Shown in pieces: positions 1 to 7,408 of a stretch of DNA of 64,000 bases. The number at the start of each line of letters is the position of its first letter. The stretch's first letter is position 1. Source of the stretch: a virus; IMG/VR virus record IMGVR_UViG_3300043427_003402; one strand, given 5' to 3'. The notes under the pieces were generated by a model. That model worked only from the letters and a program-made list of their open reading frames with translations. It was not told where the DNA came from and did not search any database. A program made the position numbers and the translations under genes.

Positions 1-145
1 TGCTATAGCACGCAGGGTTGATGTCAACGGCTGTGACATCGAATCCCGCTCGGAACTCCGCTCGGATCTCCTTCAGCGAGATCCGGTCGCCGTGGGCGTT
101 AAAACAACCCAGGTAGTAGAACTCGCCGCTTAATCGTCTTTGCAT
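1..145 (-). CDS. hypothetical protein, partial (runs off the window start)
   Basis: ATG at 145 with upstream GAAAGGGA RBS; open frame MQRRLSGEFYYLGCFNAHGD... to position 1; co-oriented with the operon; not in the ORF track. Confidence 0.55.
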   Translation of the reverse strand, partial: MQRRLSGEFYYLGCFNAHGDRISLKEIRAEFRAGFDVTAVDINPACYS

Positions 146-167
146 TGCTGTTTCCCTTTCTGCCGCC

Positions 168-467
168 CTATTGGGCGGCGGTCTCCTGTGTTGCAGCGGT
201 TTCGCCGTTAAGGATGCGCGTGGTTTCTGGCCACTCCTTAATCGGCGCGTAATTTATTTTGTCGCAGCGCTTGGCGAAAAATATCGACCGCGCCAAAGCA
301 ATACCGAGTTCCAATGAGCTCAGGCCCGTAGAGGCGCCGTCCGCCTTATTGTTCGTGAGATACTCAATGCGGTAGTAAGCGTTACCCCGCATCCGGCACT
401 CGAATGCCTTGATCTGATATTTGCCGCCGCGCGTGGCGTAGTGTGCCACCAAGATGTCGTCAGCCAT
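168..467 (-). CDS. hypothetical early protein
   Basis: 99-aa ORF, GAGGAGG RBS, 8-nt overlap with upstream gene. Confidence 0.7.
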   Translation of the reverse strand: MADDILVAHYATRGGKYQIKAFECRMRGNAYYRIEYLTNNKADGASTGLSSLELGIALARSIFFAKRCDKINYAPIKEWPETTRILNGETAATQETAAQ

Positions 468-645
468 TACTTGCCTCCTCCTCTGCGCAAGGGTTTTCCT
501 CTACGACGCGGTTCCACACCGCAACGACCCCATCATCAAAAGCGGCTGCCCCTACTGGAGCAGCCGACATGATGGCGAACATTTGCCGTTGCGCCTTTTC
601 AACCGCCGCACAGTTTGCGCAGCGGTTGCACCTTTTATTTTGCAT
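460..645 (-). CDS. small Cys-rich hypothetical protein (CxxCxxC)
   Basis: start reassigned to MQNKRCNRCANC (AGGAG RBS, TAATG overlap with upstream stop). Confidence 0.55.
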   Translation of the reverse strand: MQNKRCNRCANCAAVEKAQRQMFAIMSAAPVGAAAFDDGVVAVWNRVVEENPCAEEEASNG

Positions 646-881
646 TATTTTTCTCCTATAAAAACCGTATACACCACCACGATCTCTACCCCTTCTGGCC
701 ACGGGGCCCTGACCACCACCAACGCGCCTTCGCACTCAATGGTGTAACTGTTGCGTGGCAACTTCCTGCCGTCGTAGTAAATTGCCACGTTGCTGGCGCC
801 CGGAATGTCCGGGAAGCCAGCAGGTTTAATAAACGAGGTCTGACCCTCGTTTGTTTCCACCGCTATTTCGTGCCACTCCAT
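645..881 (-). CDS. stand-alone beta-sandwich-like domain resembling the GQTxF repeats of the tail proteins in this window
   Basis: ETNEGQTSF...VAIYYDGRKL..SYTIE resembles ATEGQTVFTLP...LFVYSGGVLVDTYT in 47457..48413; TAATG coupling on both sides. Confidence 0.65.
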   Translation of the reverse strand: MEWHEIAVETNEGQTSFIKPAGFPDIPGASNVAIYYDGRKLPRNSYTIECEGALVVVRAPWPEGVEIVVVYTVFIGEK

Positions 882-1336
882 TATTCGACCTCCTGAGCGG
901 CCACCTGCGGTCTTAGGTTCGGTGGCAGTGCCGGCAAGCGCTTGTATAACTGCGCAAACAGCTGGACGGCTGGCTGCCAGTCTTCGTACTCGCCGTCAGA
1001 CGATACCTCGATGTACTGCGGCGCGTAGTCGTACGCGATCAGCAACACGAGGCACACCATGACATCGTACGGCCTGTGACCCGTCTTGCAGAACGCAAAG
1101 CTCTGCTCAGGCTTGCGCTCGAGCAGAAACGTTTCGTAGTCGTCGGGCGCGAGCCCGTTAAACGCGATCACGTTGTCGTCCAACTGCGGTTTCGTACCTA
1201 ATTCGCCAAAATTACCAGCGAGGAGCAGGGGGCTACCGATCCCCCTGCTCAGAATTTTGTTCACGTCCGTGACCAGCGCCGCCCAAGCAACCTTGGGATA
1301 GGCGCGCTTCTGTTCCCAGTAATGTGTGTAGCCCAT
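881..1336 (-). CDS. conserved phage hypothetical protein (MGYTHYW family)
   Basis: MGYTHYW N-terminus and FCKTxxxPYD motif typical of a widespread phage/plasmid family of unknown function; AGGAGG RBS. Confidence 0.75.
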   Translation of the reverse strand: MGYTHYWEQKRAYPKVAWAALVTDVNKILSRGIGSPLLLAGNFGELGTKPQLDDNVIAFNGLAPDDYETFLLERKPEQSFAFCKTGHRPYDVMVCLVLLIAYDYAPQYIEVSSDGEYEDWQPAVQLFAQLYKRLPALPPNLRPQVAAQEVE

Positions 1337-1542
1337 TACTTGACCTCCTTCGACATACGCGCTACCCGCGCTTCGTACACGGCACGCGGATCGGTTTCCT
1401 GCTCGTTCAGCAGCTTTGCGATGTACTCAGCCATCGCGTCCGCATAGCCCGGGTACGTCTCACCCTCCCGGCCTATGCTGATGAACTTTTCTCCGTTGCG
1501 GTATATGTGCCGCCCAGGTTCGATTGTATACACGTTTTGCAT
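1336..1542 (-). CDS. hypothetical protein
   Basis: start reassigned to MQNVY (AAAGGAG RBS); TAATG coupling to next gene. Confidence 0.6.
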   Translation of the reverse strand: MQNVYTIEPGRHIYRNGEKFISIGREGETYPGYADAMAEYIAKLLNEQETDPRAVYEARVARMSKEVK

Positions 1543-1559
1543 TATTCGTCTCCTTTCCG

Positions 1560-1808
1560 TTACGCGGCGCCTTGCTGGACGACCGGATCGAGCGTCCAAA
1601 TTTCAAATTCACCGTACCCTTCGTCTCGGCCGTCTGTTTGTTTCAGCTTGGCCGCCTCACCGGGCCACAGCGCGAGCTCTAACAGCTCATAACTGTCGCC
1701 TAACCAGACGTCAGTTTGCGCGTCGTACACGCGCCTTTTTATAACTTGGACCCAGTACCCGCGCCGCCGCAGCTGTTCCGCTAGATCGCGGTCGTCCCGA
1801 ATAGGCAT
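1560..1808 (-). CDS. hypothetical protein
   Basis: start reassigned to MPIRDD (GAAAGGA RBS). Confidence 0.6.
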   Translation of the reverse strand: MPIRDDRDLAEQLRRRGYWVQVIKRRVYDAQTDVWLGDSYELLELALWPGEAAKLKQTDGRDEGYGEFEIWTLDPVVQQGAA

Positions 1809-1914
1809 TTTAGCTTTCCTTTCTAAGCCGCGGTCCGCCTTGAGGCAGGGCCGCTGTTGCTCCCTAAATTTCAAATTTCAAATTCGTGCTCGGTGTCCTT
1901 GCTCGCTAGACGGA

Positions 1915-2262
1915 TTAGCCACGGGGCACCTTCGGGTAAATGTGCAGGGACCATGCGTAGCCCTGCTCAGAGTACAGGCCAAGCGCCGCTAGGGCTTGGT
2001 CTATTTTTGTTTGAAGAGAACCGTAGTTCATCTCGGTATACACTGCGCCCTCAAACGTGAGGGTGAGGCACGCCCCGCGCCCGAGCCGCTCGGCGTTAGG
2101 GCTGGTCCCCCATTGGGCCGCGGAGTAGAGTTTGACCATCTCCAGGTCCGCCGGGAAGAAATCCTCCGAGAGGATCTTCCAGACGGCTTTAGCCGCCGCA
2201 GCGGTCTTTTTCGTCTCTGCGGTAATCGCAGCGACGGGGTTTGCTGTTTTAACAGTAGCCAT
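1915..2262 (-). CDS. hypothetical protein
   Basis: 115-aa ORF with AAGGAG RBS. Confidence 0.7.
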   Translation of the reverse strand: MATVKTANPVAAITAETKKTAAAAKAVWKILSEDFFPADLEMVKLYSAAQWGTSPNAERLGRGACLTLTFEGAVYTEMNYGSLQTKIDQALAALGLYSEQGYAWSLHIYPKVPRG

Positions 2263-2572
2263 TTTTTGTGCTCCTTTCTAGTTCGGTTAAACCCTCAATC
2301 ACAAGCGCGGTGCAGCGCACTGGCACAAACCGTGCAACCGCAAAGGTGGGCGGCACCATCTCGCACGCCGCCACCACCTCCGCAGTCACCGTGCGGTATG
2401 CGCTAACCGGTAGCACGTGGGCATGGTACTTCACGCAGTCTAGGTATTGCTGGATCACAGATTGCAATCCACGTAACCCGTTCCGCGCGTCCGCGTGCTC
2501 CCCGCACAATGCTAACGCGGCCTGCAGCTGCCGGTGAAACTGCAGCGCCCCAGTGAGGTTAGGGGACGTCAT
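2249..2572 (-). CDS. hypothetical protein
   Basis: start reassigned to MTSPNL; ATGA overlap with upstream stop. Confidence 0.55.
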   Translation of the reverse strand: MTSPNLTGALQFHRQLQAALALCGEHADARNGLRGLQSVIQQYLDCVKYHAHVLPVSAYRTVTAEVVAACEMVPPTFAVARFVPVRCTALVIEGLTELERSTKNGYC

Positions 2573-3060
2573 TTGCCGCCCCCTAACTTGCAGCTGAATG
2601 CCCACACCGTTTTGGTTTCAGTTAGAACGTGCCCGTCCAGCTGGTCTAGGGTGTCCGGGGCTAGCGTTTTGTGCTTGACGCCCAATTTGACTAGGTCGCG
2701 CAACGCCGCCGCATCGACCTTTTCGGCGACCACTTGAGAATAGAGTTGGGGTGCCAATTCCCGGACGGCCGCTGGGTCGTACACCTTGGTTTCACGAGCG
2801 GTGTAACCCACCGTGCCGTAGGGCGTGTGAGTTATGCCCTCACCTTTCTCGCAGAGCTTCCGCAGCTCTTCGTCAGCGCCTTTCAGCGCTTTTTGGAATT
2901 CTGCCAGTTTTTGGCCGACCGGGGTGGCGTCGATGACCGCCTGCAGCTTGGCTGCCTCGGCCGACAACTCGGCCACCTCGGCCATCAGGGCCAAGATTTT
3001 CTCTTGCGGCGTTACCGGTGCCGCTTGTTCTATCGCCTTCTTTTTTGTTTTCGTGACCAT
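2569..3060 (-). CDS. hypothetical coiled-coil protein (loosely Gam/Gp157-like architecture)
   Basis: start MVTKTK with AAGGAGG RBS; N-terminal coiled coil followed by TPYGTVGY and KVDAAALRDLV segments. Confidence 0.65.
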   Translation of the reverse strand: MVTKTKKKAIEQAAPVTPQEKILALMAEVAELSAEAAKLQAVIDATPVGQKLAEFQKALKGADEELRKLCEKGEGITHTPYGTVGYTARETKVYDPAAVRELAPQLYSQVVAEKVDAAALRDLVKLGVKHKTLAPDTLDQLDGHVLTETKTVWAFSCKLGGGK

Positions 3061-3074
3061 GGTTTCCTCCTTCT

Positions 3075-3212
3075 CTAAGGGAACATCCTGCGGTAGCCGT
3101 CGGCTACCTCTTTGGCGACCGCCGGAGGTACGCCGTCCGCCTTCGCCGACTCTTCGATGACGACGGGCAGCACGTGTTTTGCGACTGCGTAGATCACGGC
3201 TAATAAGTCCAT
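3075..3212 (-). CDS. 45-aa hypothetical protein (below ORF-track cutoff)
   Basis: MDLLAVIYAVAKHVLPVVIEESAKADGVPPAVAKEVADGYRRMFP*; TAATG overlap with upstream stop; fills the gap exactly. Confidence 0.55.
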   Translation of the reverse strand: MDLLAVIYAVAKHVLPVVIEESAKADGVPPAVAKEVADGYRRMFP

Positions 3213-3415
3213 TACCTTTTCTTCCTTTCAAACTCCACGCACGCTTGTGTCGTGGGCGTATTACCAAACGCGCTGCACGGTTTGTCGCATTCAAGCAGAG
3301 CGATCACCTCCGCCGTCAACGACCCGATCCCGTGCAGCGCGATTGGGGCCTTCTCTAAATACACACAGTCGCCGCAGCTGCGGCTACCCTTGGCCGCGGG
3401 TGGCCGTTTCTGCAT
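3212..3415 (-). CDS. small Cys-rich hypothetical protein
   Basis: CxxC...CxxxC...C pattern; start uncertain. Confidence 0.45.
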   Translation of the reverse strand: MQKRPPAAKGSRSCGDCVYLEKAPIALHGIGSLTAEVIALLECDKPCSAFGNTPTTQACVEFERKKR

Positions 3416-3872
3416 CCACGGCAACCGCCGTTTTAGCCGGCCGACCCCGCCGGGGGAGGACGCCGAGCGCTTGCGCGCTTTTGGCGTCCAACTCGAGCGG
3501 CACCCCCTTAGCCGCTCTGACTTTGACCTTTATCTGGGGCAGGGGTGGCGCCTCGGGCGTTTTACCCGCCAGTACATCCTCGACGTACTGGAGGTAACGA
3601 ACTGCCAATCGCTGGTACTCCAGCAACTTGGCGTGATCAACACTTGCACTCACCCCAGGATGTTTCAACGCCTCTTGGATGCTGGCCCAGTCGGCGTCGA
3701 ACGCCGGGTCTTGGAGCATCGCGACCAAGCCCTGCGCCAATTTCTTGGCGTCAGCCAGGTTTGCTGCCTCAGCAGACCCCTTTTCCGGCCGCGTCACCAT
3801 CGCGGCCTCAATCGTCGCCCACGCCTCAGCAGCCCTGCCGCCGAGGCTTAAGAGTTTTTGCTTAACAAGCAT
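3384..3872 (-). CDS. hypothetical protein with C-terminal AT-hook-like RRGRP motif
   Basis: 162-aa ORF, GAGGAGG RBS, PRRGRPAK near C-terminus. Confidence 0.65.
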   Translation of the reverse strand: MLVKQKLLSLGGRAAEAWATIEAAMVTRPEKGSAEAANLADAKKLAQGLVAMLQDPAFDADWASIQEALKHPGVSASVDHAKLLEYQRLAVRYLQYVEDVLAGKTPEAPPLPQIKVKVRAAKGVPLELDAKSAQALGVLPRRGRPAKTAVAVDAETATRGQG

Positions 3873-4272
3873 GCTTGACCTCCTCTTTTACCAAGGCGGA
3901 CATCGCCGCCCACATCGCCCGCAGAGCCGGGCTACGCCGCACCACACCGATCCCGGCAGTGGTGCGAACTGCGTTACGCAGCTCACCCCCGAGCCCAAGC
4001 ATTACCGCTGCGGGCCCGACCACCGTGAGCACTTCCAGCGCCCACATAGTGTAAGCCTCCGGCGTCCACGCCACCACCGGCATCCCGAATGGCCCAAAGA
4101 GCCACTCGCGCAAAACCTTTTTGCCCCCACCCGGGGACGGGGAAGCGGCAGCTTTTTGCAGCTGGGGCACCAGTTCCTTGGCTAGCAGTTGGAACTCCGC
4201 CAGCCGATCCACCGTGATCAGCCCTTCGTTGATTGCCGCTTCGATTGCTTCACCTGCGTATGCGTTGACCAT
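3862..4272 (-). CDS. hypothetical protein
   Basis: 136-aa ORF, GAGGAGG RBS. Confidence 0.65.
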   Translation of the reverse strand: MVNAYAGEAIEAAINEGLITVDRLAEFQLLAKELVPQLQKAAASPSPGGGKKVLREWLFGPFGMPVVAWTPEAYTMWALEVLTVVGPAAVMLGLGGELRNAVRTTAGIGVVRRSPALRAMWAAMSALVKEEVKHAC

Positions 4273-4304
4273 TTTACGACCTCCTCGCCCCTTGGGGCTG
4301 TATC

Positions 4305-4337
4305 ACGCAGCATTTATTACGCGCCCTGCGCTGGCGC
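4305..4337 (-). ncRNA. intergenic H-type pseudoknot
   Basis: minus strand GCGCC-aGCGCAG-GGCGC-GUAAUAAAUG-CUGCGU: P1 GCGCC/GGCGC, loop pairs with downstream CUGCGU; same geometry as array copies. Confidence 0.6.
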
Positions 4338-4353
4338 CGGTAACTGTTTAGCC

Positions 4354-4794
4354 TTACCCTATCACAAGCGCCCCGTCGGGCACTTGCTCCATGAACGAGT
4401 CAAATGCCACTTGCATGCGCCCCATGGCGTGATCAGGCACCGGGTTTGTCCGCACCAAATTCCGCGCACGGCAAACGTCGTGCGGTGTGTTGAACACCAC
4501 CAAGTTGACGGCGTAACCGGCCGCCGTCAACTTACTGATTAACGCTTCGCGAAACTGCGGGTGCAGGTTCGTATCGCTGACGTAGAGCGGCACGCCTTGC
4601 CCGATTACCGCGTCAACCAACGCGGTGTGTAACGCCACAGCTTGCGGCGTGCACGCTTGGTTTGTGGCGTCCCCCGACACCGCATGGCGGCAGTCATCGA
4701 GGTTAACGTTAACCCCGCCATTTTGCGCCACCTGATTTGTGGCCCAGTACGTTTTACCGGAACCAGGAATACCGACCGTGATGAATGCTTTCAT
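4354..4794 (-). CDS. P-loop kinase, polynucleotide-kinase-like domain (T4 Pnk kinase/AAA_33 type)
   Basis: GIPGSGKT Walker A, NLDDCR, SDTNL, CRARN..R..PVP lid motif; no phosphatase domain; start MKAF with AAAGGAG RBS. Confidence 0.8.
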   Translation of the reverse strand: MKAFITVGIPGSGKTYWATNQVAQNGGVNVNLDDCRHAVSGDATNQACTPQAVALHTALVDAVIGQGVPLYVSDTNLHPQFREALISKLTAAGYAVNLVVFNTPHDVCRARNLVRTNPVPDHAMGRMQVAFDSFMEQVPDGALVIG

Positions 4795-4835
4795 TACTTC
4801 TCCTTTCCGCAAACCTAAAGGAAAAACCTTATTTC

Positions 4836-4984
4836 GCCGGCGCGAGCTGGCGATGAGGGAAATAACCATCACGCACACACACGCTCCCTACTAAGGAAGT
4901 GAATGTGAATGATAGTTATTCCCCTCATCGCCAGCCCGCGCTGACTCAGGGTGCCACGTATTTATCCTGCGCCCGTGACGGCGC
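4836..4984 (-). ncRNA. structured RNA unit 1: pseudoknot (4953-4984) + long hairpin (4836-4945)
   Basis: inverted repeat with both arms shortened relative to units 2/3 yet still paired. Confidence 0.6.
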
Positions 4985-5008
4985 GGAGCTAAAGGAAAAA
5001 CCTTATTT

Positions 5009-5177
5009 GCCAGCGCGAGCTGGCGACGAGAAGAATAACCATCACGCACACGCGCACGCACATACTCCCTCTTAAGGAAGTAAATGTGAGTGTGAATGTG
5101 AATGATAGTTATTCCCCTCATCGCCAGCCCGCGCTGACTCAGGGTGCCACGTATTTATCCTGCGCCCGTGACGGCGC
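5009..5177 (-). ncRNA. structured RNA unit 2: pseudoknot (5146-5177) + ~60-bp hairpin (5009-5138)
   Basis: 37 uninterrupted pairs then a few mismatches; 9 G-U wobbles on the minus strand. Confidence 0.65.
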
Positions 5178-5201
5178 GGAGCTAAAGGAAAAACCTTATT
5201 T

Positions 5202-5370
5202 GCCAGCGCGAGCTGGCGACGAGAAGAATAACCATCACGCACACGCGCACGCACATACTCCCTCTTAAGGAAGTAAATGTGAGTGTGAATGTGAATGATA
5301 GTTATTCCCCTCATCGCCAGCCCGCGCTGACTCAGGGTGCCACGTATTTATCCTGCGCCCGTGACGGCGC
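5202..5370 (-). ncRNA. structured RNA unit 3: pseudoknot (5339-5370) + ~60-bp hairpin (5202-5331)
   Basis: identical to unit 2; begins 5 nt after the stop of 5376..6269. Confidence 0.65.
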
Positions 5371-5375
5371 AAAAA

Positions 5376-6269
5376 TTAGATCAATTTCTTTTCGAGCATC
5401 TCCTTTCGTGCCCTTTTGGCGGCACTGAGGCTGCCACCAAGGCAGCCGTGCGCTTTCGCGATGTTCGCGATTTGCTGCGCTTGGTCCCTTGATAAGGACC
5501 GACCACTCCATTTTATTTCACCTTGGTCCCTCTCCGGGACCAAGGTGAATCCGTAGGCCGTTGGCCCAACCCATAACACAGTTGCCTCGCCCGGTCCGTT
5601 CCGGACCGCGGTCCTTAAGCCGACCGCTTCTTGCGCCCGAGCACAGGCGCTTTGCGCGGCTTCCGCCGCACCGAAGGCTTTTGTCCGGCTTTCGCCGGAC
5701 AAAAGCCAGGCGGCCTTTTCGGCCGCTTCTTCTGCCTGGCGGAGGAGGCTGACAGCCTCCTCCGCGTCTTCGACGGCCGCTTTGCCGTCGAGGACGCCCC
5801 AATCAACTTGGTCGGCGACCCCCGCCGCCGTTAGCGCGTCGCGGAACGCGCTCAGGTGCCGACTTCCAAACCCTTGTTCACGGGTCAGGGGCCCGTCTAA
5901 ATCGTATGGGTCGTAACACAACACCACGCACGACTCCGCCGCCGCGCCCCGCCCCCGACGCGCCCCGCCCGTGGGGCGATGGATCTCGACCCGGACTTGC
6001 CCGTCCGGGTAGACACACCATCGAGTCCGCCCGGTGCTTGTCTCGTGGTAAACTGCGTGGTCCTCATTAAAGTGGTCAAACCGGTATGCGGGACCCCATG
6101 TCCCGTGGCTCATGCCACAGGCCGCCATAGCGGCCGCCGCTATGGCGGCTTCCGTTTTAAGTTGGAGCACCTGCTCCAGCGCTAGGCTTGTCGCCCACTC
6201 GTGCCCGAAGGCACGGGCCACTTTGTAGGCCGTCTCTAATTGTTTTTCTGTGAATCCTTGGAAACCCAT
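5376..6269 (-). CDS. hypothetical protein, first gene of the early operon
   Basis: start reassigned to MGFQGF (AAAAGGCGG RBS); 297 aa with Ala/Glu coiled coil. Confidence 0.7.
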   Translation of the reverse strand: MGFQGFTEKQLETAYKVARAFGHEWATSLALEQVLQLKTEAAIAAAAMAACGMSHGTWGPAYRFDHFNEDHAVYHETSTGRTRWCVYPDGQVRVEIHRPTGGARRGRGAAAESCVVLCYDPYDLDGPLTREQGFGSRHLSAFRDALTAAGVADQVDWGVLDGKAAVEDAEEAVSLLRQAEEAAEKAAWLLSGESRTKAFGAAEAAQSACARAQEAVGLRTAVRNGPGEATVLWVGPTAYGFTLVPERDQGEIKWSGRSLSRDQAQQIANIAKAHGCLGGSLSAAKRARKEMLEKKLI

Positions 6270-6300
6270 GATTAACCGCCTTTTGCTCGCGACCGTTAGC

Positions 6301-6559
6301 CGTGCTGACGCCAGCACGTTTACACCCCGCACCACGTGTAGGTGGTCGCTTGCGGGGCTAAGCAAGTTAACGTCATGCTCAGGACGGGTTGCTTACTGGT
6401 CAGACTCACCACGTCTGACAGGAGTAGTCGATCAGTCAAGAGGTCATTGCGACTACTCTAAGCAATGACTTTGGAGCAGCTTTAACGTCGTACTCAGGAC
6501 GCCCCTTTACAGCTCAACCCCTAAATAGCGAATCACCCTGCACGCAAACACGTACAGGG
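6301..6559 (-). ncRNA. highly structured non-coding leader: two pseudoknots (6359-6386, 6474-6501), three-way junction (6389-6465), hairpins
   Basis: near-duplicate CGUCCUGAG(CAU/UAC)GACGUUAA with downstream UGCUUA/UGCUC; stems TTGCTTA/TAAGCAA, GTCAGAC/GTCTGAC, GAGTAGTCG/CGACTACTC, CCCCGCA/TGCGGGG, CGTGCTG/CAGCACG. Confidence 0.55.
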
Positions 6560-6565
6560 ATCCTC

Positions 6566-6602
6566 AACTATATATACCGGAAATATGGCCCCATTATGGG
6601 CC
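6566..6602 (-). promoter_or_regulatory. candidate early promoter (AT-rich GGTATATATAG next to GGCCC-ATAATG-GGGCC hairpin)
   Basis: AT-rich patch immediately upstream of the structured leader; position inference only. Confidence 0.3.
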
Positions 6603-6706
6603 ACCCCCACGGGTAGGGGTGCGCGCCTACTCCCAGCGTGCTAATTGCAGCTATCGACGAAAGCAGCTTCGATTACGTGCTACCCCACCTGTGGGGTACG
6701 GGGCCG

Positions 6707-7408
6707 TCAGCCGCGCCGCTGTGCCTGGTAGGCGGTCGGCACTAGGCTCCCACCCGGTGGGGTGGTGGCCGACGCGACCCGGCCGTGGGCCTCTACCGTA
6801 AACCGCGCCGGGTCTCTGTATAGCAGGCTCCGTGCGTGGTTCCAGTTTCGCCGGTGCGAGTACACGATGTGGGTGATCCCACCCGTGGGGTCCTGCAGGG
6901 TTGCCACGGGCAGGTACCCACTGGTCTGGGCCGTGAGGTGGGGCTGCAGCCCGTCCGCGTTACCGATGACCCGCAGGTCTAATGCAGGGGCCGCGTCAAC
7001 CGCGGGGGCGACCGGTGCGTCATCCGCTTGTTTCATCATCAGGTAGATTTGGTAGGGCCCCATGCTCGTTTGCCTCGCTATCTTCTCGACCGCAGTGGGC
7101 CGATTGAAACCGTAGTCTAATACCTTTTGCTTTTCCGACCCCATGATTGTCGGCTCTCCGTGCTTGACGTAAGGGCGCACGTACGCCGCGAACCTGATCA
7201 TGTCGCCTGGCTTGAACGGCTTAAATTCTTGCGTGTGGGGAAGCCAGACGTGATCCGTTACGTGCTCGTCCGTGTCTGTAGTGCGTACGTTCTCCAGCAC
7301 CACGGTGCGTCCGTTCGAGCCGTAGCGCCCGATCCGTGCTTGGTACGTTAAAGGGGTTGCGTCGGGGTGCCGCTCTAGCGGCGCGCGTTGCGCTAAGAAC
7401 TCGCGCAT
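6707..7408 (-). CDS. hypothetical protein, N-terminal possible OB-fold-like phage domain
   Basis: TDHVW...PGDMIRFAAYVRPY motif; TAATG-coupled to baseplate J gene. Confidence 0.6.
   Translation of the reverse strand: MREFLAQRAPLERHPDATPLTYQARIGRYGSNGRTVVLENVRTTDTDEHVTDHVWLPHTQEFKPFKPGDMIRFAAYVRPYVKHGEPTIMGSEKQKVLDYGFNRPTAVEKIARQTSMGPYQIYLMMKQADDAPVAPAVDAAPALDLRVIGNADGLQPHLTAQTSGYLPVATLQDPTGGITHIVYSHRRNWNHARSLLYRDPARFTVEAHGRVASATTPPGGSLVPTAYQAQRRG

Larger units (their letters stand above)
4815..5370. repeat. tandem array of 3 units (174, 193 and ~189 bp)
   Basis: CTAAAGGAAAAACCTT starts at 4815, 4989 and 5182; units 2 and 3 identical, unit 1 shorter and diverged. Confidence 0.95.

Noticed and set aside
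48-71. 12-bp tandem repeat GCTCGGA(A/T)CTCC
   Set aside because: Lies in the partial ORF, two copies only; likely incidental
1866-1884. AAATTTC tandem heptamer in an intergenic gap
   Set aside because: Under three copies, single occurrence; no supportable function
4891-5314. Repeated 76/80-aa ORFs MRGITIIHIHTH...
   Set aside because: ATG buried in the long stem, no RBS, unit 1 does not preserve the frame; by-product of the repeat
4836-5331. Retron msr/msd or hammerhead/pistol ribozyme
   Set aside because: No reverse transcriptase in the window; no CUGANGA/GAAA core; pseudoknot lacks the pistol P2/P3 arrangement by eye
4815-5370. CRISPR array
   Set aside because: Units are ~190 bp and contiguous with no unique spacers; no cas genes in the window
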